Assembly (NCBI GenBank): GCA_965116875.1
Contig: OZ220733.1
Span: forward strand, 3,296,001-3,360,000
DNA length: 64,000 nucleotides
Source: Candidatus Latescibacterota bacterium
Lineage (GTDB): Bacteria > Latescibacterota > UBA2968 > GCA-2709665
Direction of reading: 5' to 3'
Shown here: piece by piece, positions 1 to 10,083 of the stretch
How the letters are laid out: each line of letters begins with the position of its first letter
How positions within the stretch are numbered: position 1 is the first letter of the stretch
The notes under the pieces: generated by a model
The model's input: the letters and a program-made list of their open reading frames with translations, nothing else
Told to the model about the DNA's origin: nothing
Database searches by the model: none
Made by a program: the position numbers and the translations under genes

Positions 1-450
1 TTCTTCGCGGGCGTTGGACTGGACTTCTGTTTTGCGTACCTGGTGTCGAAAGTGGCCGTTGACCGCGCATCGTTGGACAAACAGGCGTGGGGCAGACTGC
101 TTTCCGATGCACGGTCTTCGGATATCTATTTCTTCGCGGGTGAACTGGAATCCGGAGCGGAGATCTACGCGAGAATGTCTGCGCCCTCACATGGGATTGA
201 CGAGGACCCGGCCACGGGCAGCGCGGTTGCGGCACTGGTGGGCGTTGCGGGACTGAGAAGCGGGATCCAATCGGGCGCGGTGGAATTGTCGGTAACGCAG
301 GGCGTGAAGATGGGCCGCCCCAGCAGGATGGACGCGGCAGCCCGGCTGCGTAACGGAAACGTTGTTTCCGTCGACGTGGGCGGTTCTGCCGTATTGACCG
401 CTGCGGGTGAGATCGAGGTCGGTGACGAATGGCTTCAGGACGAGAGGTGA
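1..450 (+). CDS. PhzF-family (diaminopimelate epimerase-like) protein, C-terminal part; starts before the window
   Basis: Frame open from base 1; motifs EDPATGSA and QGVKMGRPS are typical of the PhzF/YddE family. Confidence 0.85.
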   Translation, partial: FFAGVGLDFCFAYLVSKVAVDRASLDKQAWGRLLSDARSSDIYFFAGELESGAEIYARMSAPSHGIDEDPATGSAVAALVGVAGLRSGIQSGAVELSVTQGVKMGRPSRMDAAARLRNGNVVSVDVGGSAVLTAAGEIEVGDEWLQDER

Positions 451-457
451 TTGGGTG

Positions 458-1216
458 ATGCGGATCCTGATCGTCGACGGATGGACCCAGGAAGGAAACC
501 TGTCCCATGCACACGCCGGGGTGGAGGAGCAGGCTCGTGTCTTCGAGGCGCTGGTTCGGGAATGCCGGCCAGAAGCGGAGATTCGGATCGTCGATACGCA
601 CGTTGACTCAGAACAGTCGGACCAGGATTTCAGTGGGTTCGACGCGGCGATCTGGACGGGCGGGGGCGGCAATATCTACGAAAACGTTCCGTTCAATCGC
701 CGCCAGCTCGCGTTGGGCGAACGTGTGCTGGCTGACGTGCCCCACGTCTGGGGAAGCTGCTGGGGGTTTCAGGTCATCACAACCGTCTGCGGCGGGGAGG
801 TGGCGCCCGCCCGGACACCGGAGATCGGCATCGCAAGAGGTATCTCAACTCGATCGCTGGATTTCGCCGAGACCATGTATCGCGGCAAGCCGCGGCCATT
901 CGATGCGCCAGCCCATCATTTCGACGAAACCGCCCGGCTGCCGCGGGAGTTCGAGATTGTCGCTGAAAATGCGACAACGCTGCAGGCCGTCGTATCAAAG
1001 GACCGTCGCATCACATGCACGCAATACCATCCCGAACTGCCCTATGACTACATTGGCAAGCTCATGCTGCACTGGGCGCCGAATTACACGTCGATGTTCG
1101 CGGAGGATGACTTCCGGAACCTGCTGGCGGGTTTGAAGAAGAAAGAGAAGGAAGAAAAAAGCTTCAGGAAGATCGAATTCAGAAACTGGCTTGAATACGT
1201 GAGGAGGAGCAGGTAA
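458..1216 (+). CDS. Class I glutamine amidotransferase-like protein
   Basis: Nucleophile elbow WGSCWGFQ and catalytic QYHPE; ATG at 458 just after the upstream stop. Confidence 0.8.
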   Translation: MRILIVDGWTQEGNLSHAHAGVEEQARVFEALVRECRPEAEIRIVDTHVDSEQSDQDFSGFDAAIWTGGGGNIYENVPFNRRQLALGERVLADVPHVWGSCWGFQVITTVCGGEVAPARTPEIGIARGISTRSLDFAETMYRGKPRPFDAPAHHFDETARLPREFEIVAENATTLQAVVSKDRRITCTQYHPELPYDYIGKLMLHWAPNYTSMFAEDDFRNLLAGLKKKEKEEKSFRKIEFRNWLEYVRRSR

Positions 1217-1270
1217 GGTCGCTTGATTCAGAAACCGGAAAAGGACCTCTCTCGTAGCCCCATTGAGGGA

Positions 1271-1293
1271 GCTATCAGCTGTCAGCAATCAGC
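1271..1293 (+). repeat. Short heptamer tandem repeat (gctatca/gctgtca/gcaatca)
   Basis: gctatcagctgtcagcaatcagc read directly. Confidence 0.45.
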
Positions 1294-1324
1294 TTGAACC
1301 GGTCTGCGATACGGATCGGCAATA

Positions 1325-1738
1325 TCAATCACCGAAATTCTGTCCCTGTGTGGGAATTGTAGGGGCGACCGGCCGGTCGCCCGCCTTGTAGCACGATCGT
1401 TTCACGTTCTTCCCATCCTTGAGCACAATCTCCAATTTCATCAGATGTATTTCTATTTCAGAAATTGACGCCCAGGGGATTTTTCGCGTCCTGACGAGCG
1501 CTCTGTCCAAAGTCAAATGCGAAACGTCAAACGCAATCACATACCGGTTCAGGCGAGGCAATACGAAAAACGAAGAGCAAAAAAACAAACCGAAGGCGAT
1601 CTGTACGACGCCCAGCACGCCGTCACCCCGCTCAATGCTGAAGGCGCCACTGGCAACCTGGATTGCGCTAAAAACGCTCCAACATGCTAATAATAATCGG
1701 GATACGGGTACGGAAAGATCGAAGGTTCGTGATTCCAT
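1325..1738 (-). CDS. Small two-TM membrane protein, probably truncated; last residues come from a REP element
   Basis: AGAGGA RBS before ATG at 1738; two hydrophobic segments then a bPH-like IPWASISEI; tail GDRPVAPT is the translation of the palindrome at 1359-1382. Confidence 0.5.
   Translation of the reverse strand: MESRTFDLSVPVSRLLLACWSVFSAIQVASGAFSIERGDGVLGVVQIAFGLFFCSSFFVLPRLNRYVIAFDVSHLTLDRALVRTRKIPWASISEIEIHLMKLEIVLKDGKNVKRSCYKAGDRPVAPTIPTQGQNFGD
1359..1382 (+). repeat. GTAG-type REP-like palindrome
   Basis: gtag followed by perfect palindrome gggcgaccgg-ccggtcgccc. Confidence 0.75.
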
Positions 1739-2277
1739 GACTATGTAGTCCTCTTCCGCGCGGTGATTCAGCCAGATGCGACCACGGCTGGTCGCCAAGC
1801 GAATTTCTTGGCCGGGATTGAACTGAGTCGTGCCCTATGAGAGTCCATAGACTCGGCCGATACCAAAATAAGTGGAAGAGATCGAACTGAGAGCCAGATA
1901 TTGTGTGGTCGGCTTCGGGCAAGAGCTGATTCGTGAAAACGCTACAATGGGATAAGAAAGAAAACGGTCCGGAGGACTCGCATTGAGTTTTGGATCGTTT
2001 GATAGAGTGACAAACGCCTTCGAATCATTTCGACAGCTGGGTCTATACCTACTGCGCTACTATGGTAGTGTGCTCCGCTCTCAAGGGTCAATTGGGTTGA
2101 AATCTTCGTGCTGTGTGCGAAAACTTGACAACCGCTGGTCGGCATCATATCTTCAGTTAAATTACAACAGATAACGGAACTTACAAGCATGCAACAGGCC
2201 TAGTTCGGAAAAATCTAAGGCTTGTGCGTTACGATTGGTATGCAGATGTCCCGATTTGCATTGGATGGAGGATTAGT

Positions 2278-3369
2278 ATGAGCGACCAAGATGAACAACT
2301 AATCCAACACATCGTGGATATTCGCAATAGACTTAGTCAGGGCGAATACGACAGTGAGGCGGCCGTTAGTAACGGTGTTGTCAAGCGGCTGCTCGAGGCG
2401 GTCGGTTGGCCACGGTATGATCAGCAGGTCGTGCGCCATGAGTTCCCGATTGAAACCAGAAAGGTCGACTTCGCGCTCTGTGACCCACCCGGTGAGCCTC
2501 GTGTCTTGATAGAAGTGAAGGCAGTGGGTTCGGCCGATCAGAAAGGAGAAGACCAACTCTTCCAATATTGCTTTCGTAGAGGTGTAAAACTAGCAATCCT
2601 CACGGACGGACGCACCTGGAAGTTCTATTTTCCGTACGGCGGAGGAGAATATAGTGATAGGCTGTTTCGCAGTTTGGACATTGCTGCCGAGGACGATACC
2701 ACAACTGCTGAGACGTTTATGTGGTTTCTCGCCATCGATGCTGTCAAGTCGGGTGTCACATTTGATAGATGTGAGGAGGCGTATGCAGAATGCCAGTCTC
2801 AGCGCAGAGCGGCCGAAGCATTTGGTTCTGTATGGAATTCCCTGCTTTGTGGATCCGATAAAGGACTCGTGGACATATTTGCCAGAAAAGTCGAAGAAGA
2901 CACTGGAATTCGACCGAAACAACAAACGGTTGTCGAGTTTATAAGGAGGCAAGCCACACAACGATCTGCGGAAACGCACGAATTGACGGGCGGCCCTTCC
3001 CAAAGTGAAACCAGCACAATCCCCTCCTCTCCGTTTTATCGTCTGAACGGTATCACGGTAAATGGTCGGACTGCAAGGGATGTCTATGTCGGAATCTTTC
3101 GGAAATTTGCAGAACAAGACACCAACTTCTGCCAGCGTTATGATAGCACTCAAAAAAAGGGTGGCAAGCGTCTCCAACTTGCGAGGCGCGCGGAGGACCT
3201 GTATCCTGCGGGTTCTAAGTTAGCCCAAAAGGAAGCCTGCGAATTGCCAGGCGGATGGTGGCTGGCGACCAATCTCGATAACGATCAGAAGAAGAAGCGA
3301 ATTCAACGTGCATGCGACGTGATGGGAATTAAGTACGGACGCGAATTAATCGTTTCCCTATCCAAATAG
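2278..3369 (+). CDS. HsdR N-terminal-like PD-(D/E)xK nuclease with SeqA-like C-terminal domain
   Basis: GGAGGA RBS and ATG 2278; EAAV..GVVKRLLEAVGW, KVDFAL, LIEVK, QLFQY, AILTDGRTW; C-terminal WWLATNLDNDQKK resembles the SeqA-C W-x-x-T-N motif. Confidence 0.7.
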   Translation: MSDQDEQLIQHIVDIRNRLSQGEYDSEAAVSNGVVKRLLEAVGWPRYDQQVVRHEFPIETRKVDFALCDPPGEPRVLIEVKAVGSADQKGEDQLFQYCFRRGVKLAILTDGRTWKFYFPYGGGEYSDRLFRSLDIAAEDDTTTAETFMWFLAIDAVKSGVTFDRCEEAYAECQSQRRAAEAFGSVWNSLLCGSDKGLVDIFARKVEEDTGIRPKQQTVVEFIRRQATQRSAETHELTGGPSQSETSTIPSSPFYRLNGITVNGRTARDVYVGIFRKFAEQDTNFCQRYDSTQKKGGKRLQLARRAEDLYPAGSKLAQKEACELPGGWWLATNLDNDQKKKRIQRACDVMGIKYGRELIVSLSK

Positions 3370-3467
3370 CTTCTGAGCAGATCTGTGCGCCTGGCAAACG
3401 GTTCTTGCTAAAGGACCATTCTGATTCACTTTACTCAGGTCACGACTCGTGCAGCGAATCGTCAACG

Positions 3468-3753
3468 ATGAATCTCAGATTCTATGTGGACCCTGAAACA
3501 GGTTCCATTCACATTTACAGACATGGTGTCGAGGAACGTGAAGTCGAAGACGCAATTAGGGTGCGGGGCGAAGTCCGACCTAGAGGGGAGGGATCGCGCG
3601 TTGCAATTGGACGGACTCGCGGAGTCGATATCTCCGACCGATCGATGCGCCGGGACCCCGAACCAAACTGTGCTTATGTCATTACCGCCTACGAGTTGAT
3701 AGGTAAACGGCTAATTGCTCTATCGCAGGCGGATGAGAAGGCGAGAAAGATGA
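3468..3753 (+). pseudogene. Frameshifted BrnT/DUF4258-like toxin
   Basis: MNLRFYVDPETG..HIYRHGV..EVED..VAIGRT..VITAYEL; the expected RYLR and YRRRMRR* segments lie in a shifted frame, and that frame's TGA overlaps the antitoxin ATG (atga 3750-3753). Confidence 0.65.
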
Positions 3754-3932
3754 GGAACGCCAACAGGTTTCCGGATCGTTGGGACGAGGACCGTGTCCGA
3801 CGCCTTCTGGATCATTACGAATCACAGACAGAAGACGAGACAGCGGCGGAAGATGAAGCGGTATTGGAGGATCCAGACAAGACGCTGATGGAAATACCCA
3901 AGAAAATCAGCAAGAATCCAAAAATGACTTAA
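3750..3932 (+). pseudogene. Putative antitoxin, copy 1, C-terminus replaced after IPK
   Basis: RFPDRWDEDRVRRLLDHYESQTEDETAAEDEA; similarity to copy 2 (11870-12070) ends at 3902. Confidence 0.6.
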
Positions 3933-3980
3933 AAATCCCGGCACCTTGCATTGCGAAATGAACTCCCCGATCAGTAAGGC

Positions 3981-4022
3981 AAACCGCTCAGTCACAATTA
4001 AGTGACTGAGCGGTTTGTTTTT
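3981..4022 (+). terminator. Strong hairpin, likely intrinsic (possibly bidirectional) terminator
   Basis: aaaccgctcagtcac-aattaa-gtgactgagcggttt, a 15-bp perfect stem followed by a T-rich tract, between convergent genes. Confidence 0.7.
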
Positions 4023-4292
4023 CCAGACTGTTTAAAACCCACTGGAAAAAATTTCTATTTAGTGGCTTTGATAGAGTCTAATTATCGTCAGTTGCAATTG
4101 AAGCCGACGAAACTCCAATATGCCTCTTAATGGCTGAAAGATCATTTTTCAACGCTGAGAGATCTCTTTTAATGACCAGAACATTCTTTTCTATGGCATC
4201 AAGTCGTCCATCTATGCTTAAAGCATAACCGGCTGATCAACCTACCTTGGAGGAACAAGCATTCTGCTTTGCTTTACAATGAAAGAAACTGT

Positions 4293-6008
4293 CTATTTCG
4301 CCTTTAGCCGTAACCATTCGGACTCAGTTAGTCCAACGCGCGATAATTCCCTTCCGAATTGCTCAGCGGCACGTTGCGCATGTTCCGTTTTCAGCTCGGC
4401 TATCCACTCATAGCCCCTCTCTTCATCATCCCAAAAGACAAATCGATTTCTGTCGTCCTTCGTGGCGCAAAGCGCGTCGTCGTGAGACTTGAAGTGCGAA
4501 ACGAAAACACACGACACCTTGGGACTATGCAATAGTCGGATAAATTCGCCCATGGAGTCGTTGACGCAATGTGTAATTTTACGACCGTCTTCGGCTACAC
4601 TTAAGACATTAAATGCAAACGGTTGGCTCTTGCCTTCAATTCTTACACTGTCACACACTGGTTGGAGGCAAAGCAAGTAACGGTTATCGCCGGCCAACTC
4701 CCTAACAATCACGCCCAAATGCAATAATCTCGGAGAATCTCCATATTGTATTCTTTGACTCATTAAGGATGCGAGTTTCTCATTGCATTGAGCTGTTTGA
4801 CCATTGCCCAATAGGTACTCGACTAACTTTATGCGTCCATTTCTGTCATCCTTCCAGATGGGATTGCCGGATTCACCTTGTTCAACTAGACGCCCTACGC
4901 GGCTCCCTCTGAAACTAGAATACTCATACTGAAGATTGGGCCCGTTGCAGAACACATCTTTGACAAAATTGAGACCGTTAGCTCCTTCGCCGATCTTCAA
5001 TTCGGCATTTGTGTTTTCTTCCCAGGTTTTCTCGCACCAATCTTCAAGGATTTTTCTTACGCAAACAGCTGATCCTAGAGGCAAATCCCCCAATGTGTCA
5101 ATTAACACGGAATTGAGTTCATCGGTCAATAGGGTTACGATCTGCCGGAAAGCTTCGTCAGGAAGCAGAAGGGCACGGTGAGCCAGAAAGGGTGCATCCA
5201 ATTCTTGGTTGAATCGTGTTAGAATGCGGCGACTATTGTCGCGAATATTCGCGATCCCTCGTAGCACGATTCCCTGCAAGATACCGTTGGTAAGCTGGGA
5301 GAACTCGCGTATTGTACGCTCAGCCAATTCTGCCTCCGGCACTCGTTCATTTGAAAAATTCGGTTGAGTCACACTTCGAGGTTTTCCGAGTACAACGACC
5401 CTGGCACACTCGGTCGTAAGCACAGGTTGCTCGGATTCACAATCTACACACAGCTGGTGACGATTGAACAAGGCATCGGATATCTCTTTCGCGATTTTCT
5501 GGAGTTCTCTTTCCAGAGTGTAGACAAGCACGAGGCGCAATTGATTCGGTAAATCTGCCTGACTTAGCTTAATGAGGCTTCCAATGAGCTTGATGGCCTT
5601 ACTACCAGATGCATCTCCGAGATCCCAGTCAACAATTGTAACGTCAGCACTCGAGCATAAACCATAGACTTCTGACTCTTCATCGAAAGATGCATTTGCT
5701 GGAGGCTGATACAGCGAACAGATAATCCGCCTCTCGGCGAAACTATTCTGTACATCACGAAATGACGCCTCTTCAAGCTCCTCAGGCATTTGCCCGGCTT
5801 CATCTTCATTGCCACTCGCTTCGAATGAAGATGTTGGGCTTTTCACCGCTGGCAGGCGTCCCGCTTCCTTTGGATCATCCAGTGGCGTGGGCGGACCCCC
5901 AATCGCGTCGTCGTATATTCGATCATCAACCAAAACTACAGTCTGGAGATATTGCTCGGCAGAATCATAAACAAACTGTTTGAATGCGGAATTCTTGCTT
6001 TCAGTCAT
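4293..6008 (-). CDS. Atypical response-regulator receiver-domain protein (restriction-modification associated type)
   Basis: VVLVDD, IVDWDL (Asp acceptor), VLGKP; C-terminal YLLCLQPVCDSVR; start overlaps the kinase stop. Confidence 0.75.
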   Translation of the reverse strand: MTESKNSAFKQFVYDSAEQYLQTVVLVDDRIYDDAIGGPPTPLDDPKEAGRLPAVKSPTSSFEASGNEDEAGQMPEELEEASFRDVQNSFAERRIICSLYQPPANASFDEESEVYGLCSSADVTIVDWDLGDASGSKAIKLIGSLIKLSQADLPNQLRLVLVYTLERELQKIAKEISDALFNRHQLCVDCESEQPVLTTECARVVVLGKPRSVTQPNFSNERVPEAELAERTIREFSQLTNGILQGIVLRGIANIRDNSRRILTRFNQELDAPFLAHRALLLPDEAFRQIVTLLTDELNSVLIDTLGDLPLGSAVCVRKILEDWCEKTWEENTNAELKIGEGANGLNFVKDVFCNGPNLQYEYSSFRGSRVGRLVEQGESGNPIWKDDRNGRIKLVEYLLGNGQTAQCNEKLASLMSQRIQYGDSPRLLHLGVIVRELAGDNRYLLCLQPVCDSVRIEGKSQPFAFNVLSVAEDGRKITHCVNDSMGEFIRLLHSPKVSCVFVSHFKSHDDALCATKDDRNRFVFWDDEERGYEWIAELKTEHAQRAAEQFGRELSRVGLTESEWLRLKAK

Positions 6009-8961
6009 TTTCTTCATTCCAATACAAATAGAATAGAACCCCATCGTCAGGACTTCTATTCAGGTCTAGAGTAAGGGTCATCCCTTCCTTATTTAATACC
6101 CTTTTTGAGATGTAAAGGCCCAGGCCTCGGCCTCGTGGTTTGCGCGAGAATCCCTTTTCAAAAATGGACTCAGCATCTCGACGTGGGATTGGCGGACCGT
6201 TGTTCCCAATGCAATAGGCACTGTCGGTGCAATCTAACTGAATCAGACGTTCACCGGGCTTGTCCTTAAGCCAGAAAATGAAGTTATCCAAAAGATTGAC
6301 AAATACCGGATAAATTGTTGATGGGTACGTGCGAACTATACTATCAACGAAATTCTGTGTCGCATCCAGCTGGATTCTATGACGTTCAAGCCGTACACCG
6401 AATAGCGCACGAACATAGTAGACGACTTCCTTTCCAGTTATGTCGATTTGTTGACGATATAGTCGCCGCTGTAGAGGCGTAAATAGATTCAAATGAGCAT
6501 CTAGATGTTCAAAATTCGTCCTGATTCCGCGGTAGATGGGCTGCAGCCCGTCATTGGCCTTGGCCCACGTTCCGAGTTCTCTCAGATCTCTGCGTATCAT
6601 CTTGATTACAGCCTCGAATTCATGGTTTATTACCGCAATCGCAAGTCCCATTTGGACTAGCTCTTCATCCGTATCAGCCTTTTCTTGTAGGGCGTAAAGT
6701 TCAGTTTCCAGGGCTTCTGCGATGTCGAGTTGGCTAATGTCCGTTCCTTCATTAATCCCGTCAGCAATACCTGTCAACATTTCGCGAACACCTTCAAGTC
6801 TGCCAGTGTTCCTTAAGGCTACAGCATCGATTCGTTGTTGGTAGTCTGACCTTATGTCCTCGATCTGCTTTGGCTGTAGATCGCTGAGGTCGCTGTGAGC
6901 AAGATTTAACTCGATTTCTGCAATTACGTTACGCAATTCCCGCAGGGATGCATTAGTCGCACTAATAGAAGCGCGTCGTGCATCTCCTGCTGCTTGCCGT
7001 AACGCGCTCGATTCAATGCGTAAAGCTGTGTTCTGCGTATCGGCGGCATTTTGAATGAGCTCTTGAATGCGTCGACGTTGGTCAATATGGATATTCGCTA
7101 TTTCCGCCGTTGATACAAGTGATTCCCCCACTTGCTTTGCAAAAGGAGCAAAGACATCAGCTTCAAGTCTGTCGCGTTCCCTCTGATACGCTTCCCAATC
7201 GCCGGTAAGCCTCTTGGTCAAACCGACGCCTCGGGGCCGAGTTATTGAATACTTCGCCCGCATCTCTTCGAGCTCCCGATTGGCTTCCCGTTCTGTGTCA
7301 AGAAGCTCGGCGGATGCAATGTCAGGATCACCATTCTCAGATGCTGTTTTCATCCTATCTTGTATATGTTGCAGAAGTTCCGCGATTTCGAATTCGGGTA
7401 AAGCATCTTGTGTTTTGGCAAAAAACATTTCAAGTGCAGTGGCAAGCCTGGCTCGCTTTGCAGTTGTCTGTTTTTCTCTATTCCTGCGGGCACGTTCCAA
7501 CCGATCGAGTTCGTCCTTGCGTTCGTGAAAATAGTCTCCTTGGGGCGCTTCTTTGCGAAAAAAATCGGCCGCCAACTGAATGAATACGTTTTCCAACACG
7601 CTTTTGAACTGCTTGTAAGCCTTGTTTTTTTGGAAACCTTCACGCCCCGCTTTTTCTTTTAGTGCCGCGTTGTTCTCTTTCGTGAGGCACACCGCACCAT
7701 ATATCCGCCTATACGAAAAGAAGTAGTAACCCATACCTTTGTTTCGGCGCAACTCGATATCGAGCCAATCTATATCCGAATTGCCGTAAGGGAGGATTCG
7801 AATCATATCCCGGTAAACGTAGAGCCCGCCGATCCTGTCTAGTTTTTCATTCAGCCTAGTCCAGTCTTCAGGATCCGCCATGCTTTCCCGTTGAATACCT
7901 TGCAAATAGCCAAATTCCAGCTGGAATGGGCCACATGCCGTCGGCTTGCCGCCGCCATCCTTCCATGAGACAATATGATCAGGGAATTCTTGGTCATAAA
8001 CCCTTACCTTTCCCCTAAATTGGCCGTATTCATCAATATTGCCACTGACGAACTGATCGGACAGAGCTAAGTCTTCGTTGGTAAAAAACTCATTTGGACC
8101 GATCAGATCCTCATGCGATGTATCTGTAGGCCAAAAACGGAATGCTGTTTCTAAAGGCAGAGGGTTATCCACCCCAAACGTCCGATTGCAGAAACCTAGA
8201 AGACACTTGCTGAATTCGTTGGTTCCGTCCGATTGCTCTGACTTGATGTCCGCAAGAATAGTTTCGTCAGCAGGTGCAATATAAAAATGTGTGCCGCTCT
8301 CACAATTAGCGAGCGAGAGACCCTCAATAGTTCGCTCAAAATTTCGCGGATCGACCTGAAAGCCGGCAATATCCGAAAGAATGCTCGAAAGGTCACACCA
8401 TGGGAAATCTCTTTGAAGTTGATTGACATTGGTAGCGTTCTCGTTCAATAAATCGACGATATCCTCATTTGCCGGGAGATTGCCTTCTGGAACGCATCTG
8501 ATAGGGATTTCAATATCCTCTAAATTAACGGATGGTTGTCCGAATAGCCCCCAATGAACATAACACATGACGAGATTGCCGCGATGCCCTTCTCGTGCGG
8601 ACCTCGTTAGCACAAGAACTTGCCGCCCAAGGAATGCGATCGCAAGTCGCCCGATTCCCTTCTCTCCCATGATAGCGCGCTCTGGCTTGTCAGCCGGCCG
8701 GAACTCCGTACCCTGCGGCGATCTGACCTTACTATCCGTACCAAGGACCAACCATTTCGACTCGAATTCCTCACGCGACATTCCAACCCCATCATCACGA
8801 ATGACTAGGAGCGAATCAGAACCGAAGAAGTCCACTTCAACATGATCTGCATAGGCATCGTGAGCATTCTTAAATAGCTCATTAATGGCGGTGGAGGCGT
8901 CGGCGATTTGCTGCCTTCCCAGCATATCAACCGCTCGCGCTTTTGTTCGGAATCTAGCCAT
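6001..8961 (-). CDS. GHKL (MORC-like) ATPase fused via coiled coil to a histidine kinase
   Basis: N-terminal AINELFKNAHDA, DDGVGM, GEKGIGRLA; C-terminal H-box VINHEF, N-box NLLDN, IFEKGFS, GRGLGL. Confidence 0.85.
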   Translation of the reverse strand: MARFRTKARAVDMLGRQQIADASTAINELFKNAHDAYADHVEVDFFGSDSLLVIRDDGVGMSREEFESKWLVLGTDSKVRSPQGTEFRPADKPERAIMGEKGIGRLAIAFLGRQVLVLTRSAREGHRGNLVMCYVHWGLFGQPSVNLEDIEIPIRCVPEGNLPANEDIVDLLNENATNVNQLQRDFPWCDLSSILSDIAGFQVDPRNFERTIEGLSLANCESGTHFYIAPADETILADIKSEQSDGTNEFSKCLLGFCNRTFGVDNPLPLETAFRFWPTDTSHEDLIGPNEFFTNEDLALSDQFVSGNIDEYGQFRGKVRVYDQEFPDHIVSWKDGGGKPTACGPFQLEFGYLQGIQRESMADPEDWTRLNEKLDRIGGLYVYRDMIRILPYGNSDIDWLDIELRRNKGMGYYFFSYRRIYGAVCLTKENNAALKEKAGREGFQKNKAYKQFKSVLENVFIQLAADFFRKEAPQGDYFHERKDELDRLERARRNREKQTTAKRARLATALEMFFAKTQDALPEFEIAELLQHIQDRMKTASENGDPDIASAELLDTEREANRELEEMRAKYSITRPRGVGLTKRLTGDWEAYQRERDRLEADVFAPFAKQVGESLVSTAEIANIHIDQRRRIQELIQNAADTQNTALRIESSALRQAAGDARRASISATNASLRELRNVIAEIELNLAHSDLSDLQPKQIEDIRSDYQQRIDAVALRNTGRLEGVREMLTGIADGINEGTDISQLDIAEALETELYALQEKADTDEELVQMGLAIAVINHEFEAVIKMIRRDLRELGTWAKANDGLQPIYRGIRTNFEHLDAHLNLFTPLQRRLYRQQIDITGKEVVYYVRALFGVRLERHRIQLDATQNFVDSIVRTYPSTIYPVFVNLLDNFIFWLKDKPGERLIQLDCTDSAYCIGNNGPPIPRRDAESIFEKGFSRKPRGRGLGLYISKRVLNKEGMTLTLDLNRSPDDGVLFYLYWNEEND

Positions 8962-10069
8962 TTTTTAGATCCGCTGTCTTGACGTGGTCGTTGAAATGTA
9001 GACCGAATGCTTTTGCAACAGGTACTGGAACCGCATTACCTATCTGACGCGCCATGGATGCCAGTGAACCTGTAAACTCGAAACTATCTGGAAATCCCTG
9101 AAGGCGGGCTGCCTCGCGTACTGATATGGCACGGTCTTGCTTTGGGTGGCCGAATCTTCCGTTTGAATAACTGATGCAGCGCGTCGTTAAACCGGGTGCA
9201 GGCTCGTCCCACGCAAGTCGTGTGTAACAGTCCGAATGGCCATTGTAGCGTTTTCCGTTTTCCTTCAAGGTATAGCATTTCGGCAGGAGCGACTCGGGCC
9301 AGTCCCGACGCCCGTTTTCGTGGGTCTTCCTGATCCGCTTTAGATTCAGATCGGAAAGTGCAGCAGCGCGGTGATTCGGGTATTTTTGTTCATCTGGATG
9401 CTCTGTGCCTTGCTTAATAGTTGGAAGATCTTCTATCGCATCCCTAACCGTTCTATACGCTACGTTTCGATCTCGTCCGTGAGTTGGCTCAGGAAGTGCG
9501 ATCTTACCAAGAAGACTTGCCACTAGAACTAGCCTTCTGCGAACCTGCGGCACTCCATAGTCCTGCGCGAAGATTATACCGTAATCGATATTGTAACCGT
9601 CTCTATCCAATTGATCGACCAAATGTGAAAACGGGTTGTGATTCTCGACGGACACACTTCGAAAACCAGGGACATTTTCAACGAATACCAATTCTGGCAA
9701 ACAATCATGGACAATCGACGAGAAATGTCCCAAAAGACCATGACGATTGTCTTCGGATAACTCCTGCTTAGAATTCGTTTTTTGTTTAGTGAAGGGCTGA
9801 CAAGGAGGACAGCCACAGAACAATTTCACCTCGGATTCGCAGCTATAGTAGGCATTTATCCGTTCTGCACTTACTACTTCAATCGGCTCGTTGATCACCG
9901 AAGCACCTTTAAAATTCTTCTTGAATGTACCGACAGCATCAGGACACGAATCAACTGCAAGCGCGTGTTCAATTCCGGATTCGTGAAAACCTAAGCTGGT
10001 TCCGCCGCAACCGGAAAAGAAGTCGAATACTCGAATGGGTATATTAGGGGGCATTTTCGAGCTTGTCAC
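8954..10069 (-). CDS. dcm: C5-cytosine DNA methyltransferase
   Basis: Motifs DFFSGCGG, GCPPCQPF, VENV, QVRRR, REAARLQGFP, QIGNAVP. Confidence 0.95.
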   Translation of the reverse strand: MTSSKMPPNIPIRVFDFFSGCGGTSLGFHESGIEHALAVDSCPDAVGTFKKNFKGASVINEPIEVVSAERINAYYSCESEVKLFCGCPPCQPFTKQKTNSKQELSEDNRHGLLGHFSSIVHDCLPELVFVENVPGFRSVSVENHNPFSHLVDQLDRDGYNIDYGIIFAQDYGVPQVRRRLVLVASLLGKIALPEPTHGRDRNVAYRTVRDAIEDLPTIKQGTEHPDEQKYPNHRAAALSDLNLKRIRKTHENGRRDWPESLLPKCYTLKENGKRYNGHSDCYTRLAWDEPAPGLTTRCISYSNGRFGHPKQDRAISVREAARLQGFPDSFEFTGSLASMARQIGNAVPVPVAKAFGLHFNDHVKTADLKNG

Positions 10070-10083
10070 ACTGATTCCTGCCT

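Noticed and set aside
3405-3932. A genuine 175-aa toxin-antitoxin fusion protein
   Set aside because: Better explained by frameshifts: the expected toxin segments and the atga stop/start overlap lie in another frame
4078-4236. Minus-strand coiled-coil-like reading frame (IDGRLDAIEKNVLVIKRDLSALKNDL)
   Set aside because: No start codon after the upstream in-frame stop; at most a gene remnant
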